Positions 22,630-25,180 of a stretch of 25,180 bases of DNA are shown here, piece by piece; the first letter of the stretch is position 1, and every line of letters starts with the position of its first letter. Made by a program: the position numbers and the translations under genes. This DNA comes from a virus (Duplodnaviria; Caudoviricetes). Below the pieces are notes generated by a model, which did no database searches, was not told the origin of the DNA, and saw only the letters and a list, made by a program, of their open reading frames with translations. The DNA lies in IMG/VR virus record IMGVR_UViG_3300031668_000007, positions 1 through 25,180 of that record; one strand, given 5' to 3'.

Positions 22630-24122
22630 CCAAGTTGCCTGCCGGCGTGGGCTCGCTGGCAATCGACAGGCTGTACCCTCCCGAGGATCCGTGGATAGCG
22701 GATCCTGTTGGTTGGTTCCATGACAAACTGGGCCACCATCTGTGGAGCAAGCAGGTTGAGATCCTGGAGTCAGTCAGGGACAACCGCATGACTGCGGTGA
22801 AGTCGTGCCATGGCCCAGGCAAGTCCTTCACGGGCAGCGGCGTGATCGGGTGGTACATGGACGTGCACCAACTCGGCTCTGCGTTTGCCGTTACCACGGC
22901 TCCGTCATGGCCGCAGGTTCAGGCGATCCTGTGGCGTGAGATACGTCGTCGTCATCGAGAGGGTGATCTAAGGGGACGGATCACGCTCGACTGTCAGTGG
23001 CATATGGGTGATGTGGGCACCAAGCGTGCTGATCAGAGTGAGGAACTGATCGCCATGGGTCGAAAGCCTGCTGACTACGATGAGGACACGTTCCAGGGCA
23101 TTCACTCGCGTTACTTCTTGGCAGTGCTAGACGAGGCCTGCGGCATTCCGCTGTCGCTATGGACCTCAGTTCTCGCCCTGGTGACGAACGAGAATGCGCG
23201 AGTGCTTGCCCTGGGTAACCCAGACGACCCGAACAGCCACTTCGCCAAAGTGTGTAAGCCTGGCTCGGGCTGGAACGTCATTCAGATCAGCGTCTGGGAT
23301 ACACCCAACTTCACCGGCGACCACAACTGCGCGGTATGCGGGCAGTACATGGGCGACCTGGTGATGGAGAGCCTGGTCAGCAAGATCTGGGTGGAGACCG
23401 CACGTCAGGAGTGGGGCGAGGGTTCACCGACGTGGGTGGCAAAGGTGGATGGCGAGTTCCCAGATGTCAGCGACGAGTACCTCATCTCTCCGGCGCTGAT
23501 TCAGTACTGTTGGAACCAGGACCTGCCCGGTCTGGGCGTGGGCCGCTATGGCGTAGATATTGCGCGCTACGGGGTGGACCATTCCGTCATCTATCGCAAC
23601 CGTGATGGTGTGGTGCGACTCACCGACCGCTGGAGCAAGACCGACACCATGACGTCAGCGGGCAAGATCCGCACCTGGATGACGTCACACGGTAACTACA
23701 CGCCGCCAGCCACGATTGACATCATCGGGGTAGGTGCCGGCGTGTACGACCGGCTGAGAGAGCAGCGCCTCAACGTTGCCCCGCATCAGGGCAGCCAGGC
23801 AGCAAGCAATCCGGCCAAGTTCAAGAATCGGCGTTCAGAAGTCTGGTGGACGTTCCGCGAGCTCATGGAGGCTGGTCTCATCGATCTGGACCCGGCCGAT
23901 GAGACCTTGGCCGCCCAGCTAGGGTCGGTCAAATGGAGCGTTGACAGCGCTGGCCGAATCTTCGTGGAAACGAAAGAGGACATGCGTGAGCGTGGCCTAC
24001 CTTCTCCTGACCACGCTGATGCAGCCATCCTGTCCACGGTCAGCGCTGTCACCGTTCTCGACATGAACGCTGTCTCGTCAACCGCAACGATCACGGGTGA
24101 TCTGTTGCACAAGAAGATGTGA
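22590..24122 (+). CDS. terL: terminase large subunit
   Basis: LWSKQ, Walker A AVKSCHGPGKS, Walker B LAVLDEACG, LALGNP, nuclease YGVDIARYGVD, DIIGVGAGVYDRL and SPDHADA. Confidence 0.95.
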   Translation: MSRRSATSDLSPVAKLPAGVGSLAIDRLYPPEDPWIADPVGWFHDKLGHHLWSKQVEILESVRDNRMTAVKSCHGPGKSFTGSGVIGWYMDVHQLGSAFAVTTAPSWPQVQAILWREIRRRHREGDLRGRITLDCQWHMGDVGTKRADQSEELIAMGRKPADYDEDTFQGIHSRYFLAVLDEACGIPLSLWTSVLALVTNENARVLALGNPDDPNSHFAKVCKPGSGWNVIQISVWDTPNFTGDHNCAVCGQYMGDLVMESLVSKIWVETARQEWGEGSPTWVAKVDGEFPDVSDEYLISPALIQYCWNQDLPGLGVGRYGVDIARYGVDHSVIYRNRDGVVRLTDRWSKTDTMTSAGKIRTWMTSHGNYTPPATIDIIGVGAGVYDRLREQRLNVAPHQGSQAASNPAKFKNRRSEVWWTFRELMEAGLIDLDPADETLAAQLGSVKWSVDSAGRIFVETKEDMRERGLPSPDHADAAILSTVSAVTVLDMNAVSSTATITGDLLHKKM

Positions 24123-24131
24123 GGAGGGATC

Positions 24132-24254
24132 ATGGGACTAGCATCACCGAAGGGCGGTAAGGGATCGTACCAGCCCATGGCGAAGGTGCCGAAGCCCATC
24201 AAGGCTCAGCCGATCAGGAAGGTTGGCAAGGCCAGGAAGGTGCCTCGGGCATAG
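24132..24254 (+). CDS. 40-aa basic peptide
   Basis: MGLASPKGGKGSYQPMAKVPKPIKAQPIRKVGKARKVPRA after GAGGAGG; fills the gap to the lysin. Confidence 0.7.
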   Translation: MGLASPKGGKGSYQPMAKVPKPIKAQPIRKVGKARKVPRA

Positions 24255-24256
24255 TC

Positions 24257-25174
24257 ATGGCCGACTGGTGGACAAAGGGATATCCGGGTGGGCCCATGGT
24301 AGCGGTCAGAGGCTTCCCGCGTCCTCTGTACCCACCCGATGCCAACAAGCAGGGCAAGAAGCCCAGCGTGGATGGCCCCGACGTCGAGGCCTACAAGCGC
24401 ACGGTCAGCCGTGCCGGTCGTTGGCTGTGGCAGCCATTCGACCAGGACTTCAGCAATCTCTTCAGTCACGGCAAGAGCGGCAACGTCGTTGACACCGGCA
24501 TCGCCGGGATCCAGCGCCAGCAGAACATGGACGACACGGGTTGGGTCGGCGAGAAGACGTTCAACACGCTGCGCTCCATCAGGATCCCCGAAGGACTGCC
24601 TCACGCCGGAGAGCCAGCCATGGACGCCCGTTCCGTGGAGCTCATCAATGCCGCGTGGGATCAGTTCAAGGGGAAGGAGCCTGCGCAGCCACCCCCAGCC
24701 GTAAAACCCCAGGCTGCGCAGGCTCGCCTGAAGAAAGCGGTTGCGGAGATCGGGGTCAAGGAGTCGCCGGCAAACTCCAACCAGGTGAAGTACAGCCAGT
24801 GGTACAACATGATCGGGCCATGGTGTGCGATGTTCTGTACCTGGTGCGATCAGACCGGTGAGGCTCCGACCAAGTCATTCGTGAAAGGTCAGTACTACGC
24901 ATATGTACCGTATATCGTCTACGACGCGCGTATGGGCTACCGGGGTCTGAGCATCACGAGCGATCCTCAGCCGGGCGATCTCGTCTGCTTCGACTGGGAT
25001 CGCAACGGGGAATATGACCATATCGGTATCTTCGAGAAGTGGGTGAACAGCAACCAGTTCAAGTGCATCGAGGGCAACACCAGCGCCTCCAATCAATCCA
25101 ATGGCGGAGAGGTCATGCGGCGTGACCGATACGTTTCCGGTCAAGCTACGGTCTTCGTCAGGGTGAAAGAGTGA
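24257..25174 (+). CDS. endolysin-like protein: peptidoglycan-binding-like N-domain + CHAP amidase/peptidase
   Basis: GPDVEAYKR...IAGIQRQQNMDDTGWVGEKTFNTL (PG_binding_1-like), Pro/Ala linker, PWCAMF, PGDLVCFDW, DHIGIF, IEGNTS. Confidence 0.9.
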   Translation: MADWWTKGYPGGPMVAVRGFPRPLYPPDANKQGKKPSVDGPDVEAYKRTVSRAGRWLWQPFDQDFSNLFSHGKSGNVVDTGIAGIQRQQNMDDTGWVGEKTFNTLRSIRIPEGLPHAGEPAMDARSVELINAAWDQFKGKEPAQPPPAVKPQAAQARLKKAVAEIGVKESPANSNQVKYSQWYNMIGPWCAMFCTWCDQTGEAPTKSFVKGQYYAYVPYIVYDARMGYRGLSITSDPQPGDLVCFDWDRNGEYDHIGIFEKWVNSNQFKCIEGNTSASNQSNGGEVMRRDRYVSGQATVFVRVKE

Positions 25175-25180
25175 AGGGAC

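Overview
GC-rich tailed-phage (or prophage) DNA; the host cannot be determined from the sequence, but it looks Actinomycetota-like. The window has three parts. (1) A leftward (- strand) arm, 1-17381. It holds a replication/recombination module (CHC2-Toprim primase cut by the window edge, acidic SSB-like protein, AAA_24/Sak4-like ATPase, PD-(D/E)XK exonuclease, KTSC protein, SNF2-type helicase), preceded in transcription order by about 25 small early-type genes (DUF2786-, DUF4314-, DUF6011-like and unknowns). (2) A non-coding, partly AT-rich divergent junction, about 17400-18660. (3) A rightward arm with a SLOG (MoCo-carrier-like) protein, small basic proteins, a RuvC-like resolvase, small and large terminase, and a CHAP endolysin. 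The main result is non-coding. Fifteen intergenic elements between 7973 and 17469 differ in sequence but share one RNA architecture on the coding strand: a long hairpin with an invariant G.G mismatch, usually a one-base 3' bulge 5 bp above it, and a mutually exclusive second hairpin starting at that mismatch. Twelve of them are followed by an extended ribosome-binding motif, CCAGGGAGG. One copy (9281-9342) instead shows the exact antisense of that motif, CCUCCCUGG, in its loop. This suggests an mRNA-processing array with a built-in antisense shut-off RNA. I also see a four-copy promoter consensus (CWAGC-N17-GGTANNNT), a start-associated GACACTAC motif, a five-copy CG-alternating repeat and a 23-bp repeat 13 kb apart. 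All family calls come from recognising motifs by eye; no searches or folding programs were run.
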